Part shown: one piece after another, positions 1-11,865 of the stretch
How the letters are laid out: each line of letters opens with the position of its first letter
Numbering within the stretch: position 1 is the stretch's first letter
NCBI GenBank assembly: GCA_051453625.1
Contig: JBOZIK010000001.1
Location: forward strand, 9,749,212 to 9,799,232
DNA: 50,021 bases
Origin: Welwitschia mirabilis
Taxonomy: Eukaryota
Direction of reading: 5' to 3'
Position numbers and translations under genes: made by a program
The notes under the pieces: model-generated
What the model was told of the DNA's origin: nothing
What the model saw: the letters and a program-made list of their open reading frames with translations, nothing else
Databases searched by the model: none

Positions 1-480
1 CTCACTGCTTTTGCCTTCGTCGATGCCATCGACCATGCACTACAGTGCGTTCTCCCCTACCCCAGTGTCCCTCGTCTCTTCTGTCTCTCTAGCAACCTCG
101 CTCCCGCACCCTCCTTCCCGGTCTATTTCTGCTCCAACGGTGTCCGCCTTTCACCTCGTTGCTGCGCTTGCACAGCGTCATCGGCATCGCACCCCTGTTC
201 TCCACCTCAATCCACTACGGTGCCCTTACAACGCCGTCGCCCTCTGTGTCGGCCTCCTTCGGTGCCCTCCAGTTGACGCTATTCTTCTCTCTGACATTTC
301 ACCCAACACGCTCCGCCCTCTGCAGCACTCTTCCACGGTGCTCCTCTGTGAGTCCTTCCTCTCTGCTACTTCAGCTGAACTATAATTCTCCACTGTGATC
401 GTTTTCTCCATGCTCCGTGCATTATTCTCATTCGCCAACCTGCATGCACGTCAGCCCATCTCTTCAATCACTTGCTGACA
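1..480. other. GC-rich, CpG-retaining, C-skewed segment upstream of a Copia RT (element leader/linker or CpG-island-like region)
   Basis: Many intact CG dinucleotides (tcgtcgatgccatcgacc, acgccgtcgccc) against a window almost devoid of CG; the ORFs here are low-complexity S/P/L with no domain motif. Confidence 0.6.
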
Positions 481-1009
481 TGGCTTTTACTCCACGTCCT
501 CCTCTTTCCTCTTTTGCTTTTTTAAATAAACATTATTTTTCAACAGTGGGCCCCTTTCTCACCAGCCCACCTCATTCCGTACAAGGTGAAACATTATTTA
601 CTCGATCGTCTTTTATGGTTTACCTCTCCTTTTAATTTTGATGGGGATAGCCTTATACCTCATTAATTGATAACCAATCAATTATAAAAGAGGGTCCTTA
701 CCAACTTTTGGCCCACCCTAATATTTTTTAGGGGATACCACTTCCCCTTTCCTAACCCATATTTTTTCTTCATCTTTACACCCCTCTTCACCTACTATTG
801 CGTTAACTTCCCTTATGCCCCTATCCCTCTAACCCAATAAAGTTATTTTCTCAACCCTCCTACCCATCTTTCCCATAGATAATTTTTTTATTTTCCACCC
901 ACACCCTACTCTGCCTTCATTTTCATCTGACTCTTTTTCCCCTTAGTATGCTTCCCTTTACCATCATAATAATCTTGATTATCTATCACTTTTTGTTATT
1001 GTAAGGGGA

Positions 1010-2530
1010 GGAAGATGAGTTTGAACCTCACACAGTAGAACAAGCTTTAAAGCATTCTTAATGGCTAACAGTGATGCATCACAACTACATCACATCCTCT
1101 TAACTTCAAATCCTCTTAATAAAAATCACACATGGATGTTAACTTCACATCCTCTTAATAAACCTATCATTGGTTTTAAATGGGTTTTCCATGTTAAATG
1201 TGACTAGACTGGTTTCATTGAAAAGTTTAAGGCTCACCCTATCACTAAATGTTATAATCAATGTCAAGGTTGTGATTTCGAAGAAAGTTTTGCACCAGTC
1301 TCAAAGTTAAATGGCCATATTCTTCAACTTGATGTCGCGTCAGCTTTTCTGAGTGGCTATCTCAAAGAAGAAGTATACATTGAACAATCACAGGGTTTTG
1401 TAGATGAAAATTATCCCAACCATATTTATTGTCTACATAAAGCCTCATATGGACTCAAACAGGCACCACGAGCTTGGTTCAAGAGGATTTATGATTTTTT
1501 AATTAACTTAGGCTTTTAACATCTTTTCTCTGAAATGAATATTTATAAGAAAATAGTGAATTCTAACTATAAATTTATCTGTTTATATGTCGATGATTTT
1601 ATCTATTTCTCATTTTCAACTTTGATGAACAAGCTCTTTCTACAAATGATGGAAAAAGAATTTGAAAGACTGACCTTGGAGAAATGACACACTTTCTTGG
1701 GATCCAAGTCAAACATGACCTGTTGTCAGTTTATTTATACTAACCTAAGTTTGCACAAACTATTCTAAAGAAATTTAATATGACAAGTTGCAAGCTAGCT
1801 TATGCTCCACATCGAGTTAATACTAAACCCACCAAGAAAGATGACTCACTAATTATTGATGCTACCTTATATTACTCACTTATTGAAAATCCATTATATC
1901 TAACAATCAGTAGATTAGACATTCAATTCAGTGTAGACTTTCTTTCCAGATTTATGCAAGAACCAAAGCTTTCACATTATAAAGTAGCAAAACATGTTCT
2001 CAAATATTTGAAGTCCATCTATAATTTTGGTCTAAAGTTCAACAAAAAGCATAACAACTGTGTTATTCATGGATATTTAGATACAGATTAGGGAGGCTCC
2101 ATTGATGATCACAAATCTACTATAGGCTATTGTTTAATTTTTGGACATTCTCTTATCTCATGATCCTCTAAAAAGCAAAACACAGTTACTTTGTCATCAA
2201 TAGAAGCAAAATATATTGCTCTCTCAAAAGCCACAAAACAAGCTATTTAGATTCTTTTATTACTTCAAAAAATGGGGTTTTATGTTAGATCACCAATATA
2301 GATTATTGTGATAATATATCTACAGCTGTAATTGCTAAAATTCCATTTTATCCTGCATGAACCAAGCATCTTGACATCAAGCATCTCTTTATCAGAGATC
2401 TTATTGATAAAATCTTTATTAATATTGATCATATGGATTCAAGTTTTGATATCACTGATATTTTTACAAAGCCTCTTGCTCGTGAATAATTTGTGGAATT
2501 TAAAAATTCACTAGGTGTTGAACAGGGTGA
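1010..2530 (+). pseudogene. pol: Ty1/Copia reverse transcriptase + RNase H, degenerate
   Basis: Translated fragments EPHTVEQALK, IGFKWVF, DFEESFAPV, QLDVASAFLSGYLKEEVYIEQ, YGLKQAPRAWF, LYVDD, YLDTD*GGSIDDHKST and TDIFTKPL; many stops and frameshifts. Confidence 0.95.
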
Positions 2531-2534
2531 AATT

Positions 2535-2780
2535 AAGGGAAAGAATGAGAAGATGTGATGTCATCATCCTTATTTTATCTATTATGATTTGGTTTCCTTT
2601 ATTCTCTCAACTTTTTGAGTGATTTTCTTAGAGGAATACCTTGATTTACTATTTTTCATTTTTGGATGTACTGATCTATATTTAATGAGGTTTGACCTCA
2701 TAACAAACATATATATAATATACATTATAGTTGTCTGCAGAACTGTCTTGAATTTGCAAGTTCACTAGTTCTTTTAAATA
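2535..2780 (+). mobile_element. Polypurine tract and probable short 3' LTR of the Copia element
   Basis: aagggaaagaa (2535-2545) follows the RNase H end, then TG at 2546; TATA-like ctatattta at ~2676. Right end not resolved. Confidence 0.55.
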
Positions 2781-3074
2781 TTTATTAAACTTAGTGAGAA
2801 ACTACATGTACCATTAATAACAATAGTAAGCTTGAGTTTACAAAAAAGGTATTCCATAGTGAAATATCATTGTACTAATAAAAACATTACTTTTATAACT
2901 AATGTAATAGTTGACAATAATAAAACCAATATGAGCATTGTCTACAAAAAAACAACCATAAAGCATATTACCTTGAAGCATGAAGACAATAGGTACTATC
3001 TTAACATGAGACAATATAGGTTCTGTAAAGAATGTAGAGTAGCAACAAACATAATTATTTAACTAAAGTTACTA

Positions 3075-4480
3075 TTCATTGCGATTTCAAATTGTCATGT
3101 TTTAATGGTGTAATTGGCGATGTTTTATAGGGAATAGGAACTCAATTCAATCATTTTCAGGCACTTTATCATGAATTAATTTAACAGTCTAATTATGATA
3201 TGAAATGTCATATTTCCATCTAAAAGGGCAGGAATTCAATCAAGAAACAAAATGAGGCAAAAAGGGATGAAAAAGACTAAGGAAATGACTATTGTCCCAC
3301 ATGTCATCCCCATGACATAAGGCATGACACAACATATAATTGAATTCAAAGGAGGCTGGCAAGGCTCACGTGGGAGACACTGACGTGGACTGCTGGCATG
3401 GCTGTCGTGGGCCCTGTCGTCCTCACGACACAGGAGACGACATAGCCGTTACTTGGAAATTCAAATAGCAACGGGATTTTGATGTGGTGAGCTGTGATTG
3501 TGTGATGAAAGGTTGTCGTGTCCATTGTCGTGTCCATGACGATAGTAACACGGCAGTGCCATAACTTCTTCCTAACCAAGTCAATTAGGGTCTAGTTTAT
3601 GCCTAATGACGTCCCTTTGCCTGTACCTACCTACCTGACTCGTAACCACCTTAGGAAAGCTATAAAAACCCCCGTTTGACATTGTTTAGTCATCTTTTGG
3701 CATTGAAGGATTGTATGATAAAGGAATCCAAGGAGTCAAGGGTCCAATTCAGCATAGGAGGGATAGTTCTTGGTGTGAAGGCTGCGTTTTTGACGTTGAG
3801 GAGTCACTAGCTTGCTGAGGTGTTGTAAGACATTTCATTGGTTTAATAAAATGTCTTTCTTCTTCTCAAAATCTTATGATTTCTCTTATGANNNNNNNNN
3901 NNNNNNNNNNNNNNNNNNNNNNNNNNNNNNNNNNNNNNNNNNNNNNNNNNNNNNNNNNNNNNNNNNNNNNNNNNNNNNNNNNNNNNNNNNNNNNNNNNNN
4001 NNNNNNNNNNNNNNNNNNNNNNNNNNNNNNNNNNNNNNNNNNNNNNNNNNNNNNNNNNNNNNNNNNNNNNNNNNNNNNNNNNNNNNNNNNNNNNNNNNNN
4101 NNNNNNNNNNNNNNNNNNNNNNNNNNNNNNNNNNNNNNNNNNNNNNNNNNNNNNNNNNNNNNNNNNNNNNNNNNNNNNNNNNNNNNNNNNNNNNNNNNNN
4201 NNNNNNNNNNNNNNNNNNNNNNNNNNNNNNNNNNNNNNNNNNNNNNNNNNNNNNNNNNNNNNNNNNNNNNNNNNNNNNNNNNNNNNNNNNNNNNNNNNNN
4301 NNNNNNNNNNNNNNNNNNNNNNNNNNNNNNNNNNNNNNNNNTTATTAATCATTTATGTGCTTGATTAGATTGTTGCCTTACGCTCTCCAGATTATGACAT
4401 TAATTGGTTAATTCACCCTATACTAAGCCTAATTGCAATTTCCTTGTTTAAATCATTGATTACTTTTGAAGCGCAATTTA
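3075..4480 (+). mobile_element. Gypsy-type LTR (solo or partial), spans an N gap
   Basis: AT-rich start, GC-rich core with repeated TGTCGTG/CACGACA motifs (3400-3550), TATA gctataaaaacccc at ~3659; clear homolog at 36880-37270. Both ends approximate. Confidence 0.6.
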
Positions 4481-4702
4481 GGCATACCAATACTATTGTT
4501 AATCTATTAACTAAGCATTAAACATTAGTAAGCACATATATATAAATTCATCCCTTAGAAGCATAATAAGTCTAACTATTTCTTACTTTCTCCTCCTTTG
4601 TCTTACATACTCATATATAGATTAAACACTAGTCATTATAGAAAAAGATTCTACACTCATTACACTTAAAACATTCATTGTACATATGAAGGGAGCACAT
4701 CA

Positions 4703-4705
<3 letters not shown>

Positions 4706-4764
<59 letters not shown>
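4706..4764. repeat. (AC)n microsatellite, ~29 perfect units
   Basis: Directly visible uninterrupted dinucleotide run. Confidence 0.99.
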
Positions 4765-4766
<2 letters not shown>

Positions 4767-5059
4767 TCTTGTTAAGTAAAAACTCAAGTCCAAAGCTAAC
4801 TAATGGGAGAATGATCATTGAAAATTAAAGCAAGTTAAAGCATATATCCTAAGATGATAACTCAAGGTTTAGACATATCAAAAATTCTTATGATAATAAC
4901 AAACATAGGATCATTTATAAATCTTCAATAGTTAAAATTGTACTTATTAGGTAAGTCCTAATATATTAATTTCTTCTTAAATACATAAATTGATCTTTTT
5001 CTAGATCTCTCATTATTAAACTTTCATGTGTAATCAAAGACTTTAAAGTATCATTCATG

Positions 5060-6627
5060 ACCCATCACCATTTTCTCCTTCTTTGATTTTATTAATAGAT
5101 TCTAGTTTTAAGCTCAAAGTTATGACTATAGCCCAAATATATAGATTTTCTATGTGGACTAGTATATTGCATGTATTCAAACTTTTGAAAATAGTAACAT
5201 TTAAGAGGAGCATTACTAGAAAAATGATATATAGTATTTGAATTAATGAATTTAGATGATGTATCAGAATAACTTTCATGACTAGAATTATTGTAGGGCA
5301 TCTTACCTATTTGAATAACTTATTAAGATTTTATCTACCATTCATAAACCATTTAGTTATCTCTTTAACATTCTATAATTCTTTTGAAATATACTCGATC
5401 TTGTTGTTAGCAATATTTAGCTTTAATTCAAAATCGGCTATATGTTTCATTAAAGCTACAATTTTCTTACCAAGTAGAATACTATGCTCATATAAACTAT
5501 GATAAGCTTGAGTTAATACATTTTCTTCAAGATTAGAATCAACACATTCTTCGAAATTAAAATTATAACTTACGTCATCTTCTTCTTTTGATATTGGAAA
5601 AAGCCAAAGTATAATGAATTATTTTTCATGGATATTAGTCTAAAGTTAAGAGATTACTCATTATAGTTAGATGTGGTCTCTTTATTATCATTCCATATAA
5701 CCTTTAGAATCTTCTTTCCTTTTCTTGTGAGTTTTCTTATTAGCAAACTCTAATGTAATATGATCAGAGCCCTTGCATTCATGACATTGCAATGAATGAG
5801 ATAAATTTTTACCTTTATTACAACTATGTTTGGATGCCTTATTTGATATTTTTTATTATTTCTTCTTGAGGAAGAACTTCTTAAAACTCTTGGGAAAGAT
5901 AGCTAAATCCTCATCTTTAAGGTCCTCATTGGATGAATTATTTTTCTCCTTTTTAATGCATGCCTTGAGTGTGATACCTTTTCTTTTTGGTGTTTCGTCT
6001 TCTAGAAGGATTGTTGCCTTGTATGCTATTAAAGAACCTTTCAACTTCTCTACTCTTCTATAATTAATATTCTTACTTTCTTTAATGGCTATAATCTTTG
6101 GCCTAAATTTTAGAGTTAGGATTCTAATGATTTCTTAACAACTCTATTCTCAGGAACTCTTTCTTTAAGTCCCCACATACTATTGACTATGTTACTAACT
6201 TTTGTAATATATTCTGATATTGAGTCTAATTCTTCCATTTTTATGTTCTTAAATTTCATGAAAAAAAGTTACAATTTCATATTTTTAATCAATTTTATAC
6301 CTTAATTCATAATCTTAAGGGTTTACCACATGTATTTTTCCATTATGCTTTATACCAATCGATTATATTCTTTGTTTAACAATGCACAGATGATTGCATT
6401 CATTGGTCATGCATTACATTGAGCCTTCCACTTGTCATTTAGATCCCAGCTACTCCTTGGATTCAAGAAAATGTTACCATCATTGTATGCTATAGTTGAA
6501 AGTTGGTAATCTCTTAAGACCATTATCCAAATATCTGGAAAGGAAGTTATGAAGATCACCCTTTTTCACTTTCAGTTAGTGTAATAGTCTATCCTTCTTG
6601 GAATCCAGGATAACTTGAGCATGCCAT
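5060..6627 (-). pseudogene. gag: Sirevirus gag, degenerate
   Basis: Minus-strand fragments DIWIMV, AQCNA*PMNAIICALLNKEYNRL, KFRPKIIAIKES, LKGSLIAY, KGITLKA, first knuckle CHECKGSDH, second knuckle remnant CYYFQKFEY. Left end approximate. Confidence 0.88.
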
Positions 6628-6698
6628 ATCTTCTAGACTTGATAAATAAATAACATAAAACAAAAATAGATCCAAAGTACCCATGCTATAATACCAAT

Positions 6699-7864
6699 TA
6701 TTAGTATTATAATGCACCTTAGAGGAGAGTGTGAATAGGGTGTTTATTAAAAACTAAAAATTAATTAATCTAAATAATTAAATAACTAATTGTAAAAACA
6801 AAAATCAACAAAAATAAATAGATGAAAAACATACATTAGAGATCTATAGTAATTTAACAATTCCTACCTACTAAACTCTCAGGGGACACCAACATGTTCT
6901 TAGATTTTTGGTTCCCTCAGAATATCCTTTTTTCAGAACAACTTACAACACCCTTTACAAGGGGTTACTTATAACACCCTTCACCAAGGATCACTTTACA
7001 ACATCCTTCTCAAAAGGATTAGCTTATTTAATCTAATGAGCACTCACAAGTAATTAATCAAATAGAAGGCCTAATGATTAATGTTTCTTTTATGCATACT
7101 ACATTAGCTATAGATTCAATATCTTCATAATAAATAGATCTCTTAGTGTAATACAAGTAGAAAATAATATAACAAAGAGTAGTTCAGTACATTGTAATTA
7201 GTTCTCTATTTTTAACAATGACACAACACTTTTTTGTAAGTTTATGTCAAAAACTAGCTATTAGATTCTCTTTTGGTGTGCTTTGGAACTTACTTTATGT
7301 GGTCTTAAGGTCTCTTACTGTTAGTACATTAAAATTATAAAATTAAATAGTTTTTTAATTCACATTTCTACTCTAATGTTTGCTTGGGAAAATATCCCAT
7401 CTTTTCTTACTGAACATTCTAGTTTTTATCATTACTGTTTTAACAAAACTACAATGGGGTACATTCAGGTCTCCCGGGGATGTCCTAGTTTTAGAAAGGG
7501 GACATCTTAATACTTTGGGACTATAAGGGAGGAGGTACATCCTAGCTTCATAGGGGGTACATCCAATAATTTTATCATATTTTTACCTATCAACCTTGGT
7601 TGTTCTTTAGTCTGGTTACTCAATAACATTGTTAGAAATATTTTATTTTTCTAATAATAATATTTCTTCCATTTAATATTTAATCCTATTAAGTTTGAAA
7701 TTTATAGACCCACTTAGATCTTTTAGAAGTTTCCTCCATAGATTAACCCATATCTTTCAAGATATGAATTTACACAACTCTTGCCATGTAGATAAAGATG
7801 ATAGCTACCTCATCATTACCAACTTCATGAATGTAAGCCATCATCGGTTGCAAAAGAACTAACA
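6699..7864 (-). repeat. 5' LTR (~1.17 kb) of the gag-only Sirevirus
   Basis: Starts tgttagttcttttgc on minus at 7864 and ends 2 nt from the PBS; contains repeated GGGG(T)ACATCC/GGGGATGTCC motifs (7456-7564) and three ~25-bp repeats (6940-7018). Confidence 0.72.
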
Positions 7865-7899
7865 TTCAAGGTCTTAGTCTAAAAAGCATGAAACATCAT

Positions 7900-9310
7900 T
7901 ATTCACAAGGTGAATGTATTCTTTATTGTAGTAAAAGTAAACTTCAATAAAAACTAAGTAAGCACCTAATATTATTCTTCCACAGGGATAAATCAAAGTA
8001 AGGCTAGATAAAGGTAATACAATATTCTTTAACTTACAAGAAATGATATATATAAAGGGATTTATGATGAATTTGAACTTAGTTACAAAGTAGGAAGATG
8101 AACTAACTACAGAGGTCTAGCTTGAATTGTCCAACTTACAAAACATTTACTTTGATAATGTCCTATATTTTTCTAAAATAAACATAATATTGTTAAGTAA
8201 TTTTAAGGGTTATGTCAGAATGACATAATCTCATTCACCACATGAATGTTAGTGAATTACTTAGTCCCTCTAATTTTTCATAGCCCTTCATAAGCATGCA
8301 AAGTATGAACTACTATGCACAAGGTCCATCAAACAATAATGACTATAAATCTCAGAAGTAATCTCAATAAATTCACTTAGTAAATGAAAGAACTTAATAA
8401 TGTAGTTTCACCTAAGGATTAAAAGTACTAGTTACATGTATTGAAAATCAAAGAATGAATAACTACTTTTATATTAAAATAAGAGAAACATTACATCAGA
8501 GGACAAAATCAAAAAAGCCATAGACTCCTTAAAACTAGCATCAAAGCTAGCGCGCTCCCAAAGGAGAAGCTTAGAATACCATGTTGACTTAATGCTCTAA
8601 GGATTTCATCTATTTTCCATTAGCCAAAGCTATTTACAAATGAGGGCTCAGGGTCTTTTTTAAGATAGGCATAGGGTTGATGTGGTTTATCTTTTAGTTC
8701 TAGGTGGACAGTTACAATTTGTTATTATGTAGCATTAGGTGGAAGATAGAATTCCTCACATTATAACATTAGGTAGAATCTTCATCATATAGCATTTGAT
8801 GAAAGATTCATCCTATAGCCTTTGGTGGAGCATTTAAGATTCCTTATCTTATAGCATTAGGTAAAATATTTGTCTTCTTGTGCTAGGTGAAAGCTTCATC
8901 ATGTAGTGTTAGGTAGAAGATTCATCATGTAGCACTAGGTAAGGTGGTTAAGATTCCTTATCCTATAGTGTTTAATGGAGGTTCTCACAATGAGTCTAAG
9001 ACATGACCTTTAGAGCTAGATTCCTTTACCAACCGATGCTACTACCATATGTCTCTTATGCCATCTCTACATGATACTATCACATGTCTTCCAACATCAC
9101 TGCCACATGCCGCTATTTAGCCCTATTTATTCCACATGCTAAGAAATACCACTAAATTCCTAAATTATCATGGGAAAATGCATAAGATTAAGTATGGTAT
9201 AGAAAATAGTTAAATCATATTTTTATGATTAAATCAGTTAAATTAATATCTTCACTATCATAAATTGGTCTAATATACTTTGTTTAAATGTCAATTTTTA
9301 CTTGTTATCA
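7900..9310 (-). repeat. 3' LTR of element A (1411 bp)
   Basis: Colinear with 22791-24171; minus start tgataacaag; PPT ttaggaggtg abuts it at 9311-9320. Confidence 0.92.
8690..8980. repeat. Degenerate tandem array (~27-35 bp unit, TAGCATTAGGTAGAAGATTCATCATG-like) inside the element A LTR
   Basis: About 10 copies of tagcattaggt variants; the same array is at 23560-23850 and, inverted, at 44715-44893. Confidence 0.85.
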
Positions 9311-10191
9311 CACCTCCTAATTAAACATTTACTAGACTGTTAGCAAAAGGTTGATAATAAAATGATCAACATGGAAACATTATCTAAGAGAAATAATCAA
9401 GTATGAAAATTGATATATCTTTAAAGAAAATTTTGACTAGTTTTAAAAAATATGGCATCAAAATCAGAAAAATTCTATGAAGAAAATGAATGTGATGCTC
9501 CTTAATCAAAATTGAACTTTTCCCTTGGAGTTTAGAAAGATAGAAAAGGTTAATAAAATTTTTGAAAACACAATGAAACACCCTTAGAAAACTTTTTTTG
9601 TAGCATGTGTTTTTACTAAAGCTAAAAGAAAAAAAAAATAATGTAAAACAATAAAAAATTAAACTATAATGCATAGGAAAAAAAAGCTAAAATAAAAATA
9701 CCCTTGGAAATAATGATCAATCACTATTGCACAAATTAAAATTATCATGAAAGTAAAGAAAATAGGACTAAAGGTAAAAATAAAAATACTATAATGATTA
9801 AAAATTAATTATAGTTAGTTTTTGAAAAATTTTAGTAGGGATAGAAAATCTAAAAAGATTTCAAATGAGATGGGTGATGTTGTAAAAGAGTCTAGAAGAT
9901 AAACAAAGAATTTGATGGCGACATTAGCCAAGACTAATAGCGGTGTTGGCTATTTTGGGATTCTACAAGTGAAATTTTATGACATGATTTATCAACTAAA
10001 ATGATAATTTTTAGTATTATAGGCTAAATTCAATAGTAAATGGAATGAATAGAAGAGGGATTACAATGAGAGCTTTTGTTACAATCAAGAAAACTAATCC
10101 AAACAACTTATGAATGTAATAGATAAAAATGAATAAAATAATGGACACTTTATTGAAATTCTTGTAAATTTTATTTTTATTTTAATAGATT

Positions 10192-11813
10192 TATTAGTAA
10201 ATCTAGTTTTGATGATTCCACTTCTTAAAAATTTTGTGTCATTGTGTAGATAGTTAATATAAAAAAAATTAGATCTCAAATAGCATAAGTCAATGTCAAA
10301 TCTTTAAGATGATATCTCACAAAAAGCTCAAAATTGAAATTGCCAAATTAGTTGACTGAAGATGTTTACAGAATGAAAGATATTTATGGCAAAGATTTTT
10401 AAACTCTTGAAGACATCTATAGTGAATACATATACAACTTGAAGATATCTATGATGTACTAGCTTTCAAGTCACAAGCTAAATATGACTATGTTGAAGGT
10501 TGGATCTGACACTGATGAAAGACATCTACGTGTTTGAAGATATATATACCAAACTAGAACAAGTAACAGAGTTATTTTGTACTTTAATGAATATTTTACT
10601 TTCTAATTAGTCTATCAATATTTGCATCATAGATTCATGATCATGGAGGACTAAAGATTATATAGTTTAATTTTTATCAAGTTCTGGTCACTTTGGATGA
10701 AGATGTCTATTAGGTGAAGACATCTAATTATTAGTATTTATCTATAATTTTAAATATCTTTTAAATGAAGGTTCATGTCGAACTAAAATAAAGATGCGCA
10801 TCCAATCCTAGATGCTTCTATCCATTACACAGTGGTTATAAATTTTAAATGGCTACTGTTTGAGGTCAAACAGCTAATATCTCCCAAAAAGTATAAAAGC
10901 ATGATGTGATGGAACAAATGAAACATCGATGAAATAGAACAATCGAATCTAAAGAAAATAATGAATGAATCTAGTACAAAGGTAAAAAAGAATTCATGGG
11001 TGATTGAAACTACTCATGAAGGATCAAATATATCATTTGCAAAGGAACTTTTAGTGTCTACATCTTTTGTTCTTGGATCATACATTGTTGCATCATCCTC
11101 TAGCACTTATGACAAAAATGACAATAAGCAACTCAAGATCTTTTTCAAAGGAATATTATTAGAGCTTACTGTTATATATATTTATTGGATCTTAGATTAT
11201 TGAACTATTCCATTCTTGAATATTATTATAAAGCTCATTATTATATTATCAAAACTCAAGGATTCCTCATTATAAGGTAACCCTTATATAGGTGTGCTTT
11301 GTTAGTGCCTATGAGTAGTTGTGTTGTTGTATTTCCCTGAGGGGAAGAGTTTGCTACCTTGTAAGGAGCATCTCACTTTGTGTCTATGCCTATAAGCACA
11401 TTGTTGTTTCCCTTAGTGAAAAAGTTTGCTACCTTGTAAGGAGCATCTTACTTTATGGTTGTGCCTGTGAGCACATTGTTGTTTTCCTGAGGAGAAGAGT
11501 CTGCTACCTTGTGAGAAGAATCTTACTTTGTGGTTGTGCCTGTGAGTACATTGATGGTTTTCCTAAGGGAAAGAGAATCCTACATTATGAGGAGGCTTTA
11601 ATATTATTGTAAGGTTGGTGGTGATCCCAAACCACTATTATTTACAGGAATAATATCCAGAGGTGTGAGAGCAAACTATCCTCTGTGTGTGGACATGCCG
11701 AGGTTGGGAAACCACATTATCTTAGTAAGCTATTTACCATAATATTTTTTATTATTAATTATTTTTTTTGATAGAATTCATTCACCCCTCCCATTTAAGT
11801 TCAATAATTTTCA
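10192..11813 (+). repeat. 5' LTR of the Sirevirus (1622 bp)
   Basis: Colinear with 18043-19590; TATA gtataaaag at ~10891; SIRE U5 motif attcacccctccc at ~11780; ends ...tttca. Confidence 0.95.
11311..11600 (+). repeat. ~75-bp tandem repeat, ~4 copies, in LTR U5
   Basis: Anchor ccctga/ccttag/tcctga/tcctaa recurs at ~11335, 11410, 11485 and 11561; same array at 19080-19365. Confidence 0.9.
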
Positions 11814-11815
11814 AG

Positions 11816-11827
11816 TGGTATTAGAGT
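11816..11827 (+). promoter_or_regulatory. Primer-binding site (tRNA-iMet), decayed
   Basis: tggtattagagt vs canonical TGGTATCAGAGC (two C>T), 2 nt after the LTR end. Confidence 0.9.
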
Positions 11828-11865
11828 GGGTACTCATGAAAAAGAGTAACTTTCTTAAGTGAACT

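Larger units (their letters stand above)
4490..7864 (-). mobile_element. Sirevirus (SIRE/Maximus Copia), gag-only, 3' LTR not found
   Basis: 5' LTR 7864-6699 with SIRE U5 motif (plus agaggagagtgtgaatag); iMet PBS at 6685-6696 (minus tggtattatagc); SIRE gag; SIRE-type PPT gacaaaggaggagaaa at 4602-4587. Confidence 0.8.

Noticed and set aside
11..635. ORFs of 69-124 aa in the GC-rich start as a host gene
   Set aside because: Overlapping, low-complexity frames are expected from GC content; no domain motif or splice structure is evident.
2790..3074. Possible gag remnant or the missing 3' LTR of the gag-only Sirevirus
   Set aside because: Only short chance-level matches; left unassigned.
3812..4364. 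Long ORFs made of X (also at 25500-25811 and 39262-40012)
   Set aside because: Artefacts of translating N runs.
8690..8980. Repeat arrays (also the 75-bp U5 repeat) as CRISPR-like
   Set aside because: No unique spacers, degenerate units, no cas genes, and they lie inside plant LTRs.
10961..11612. ORFs inside Sirevirus LTRs (also 18810-19507 and 37484-38559) as conserved small proteins
   Set aside because: Their similarity follows from LTR homology, and reading frames are not preserved between copies.
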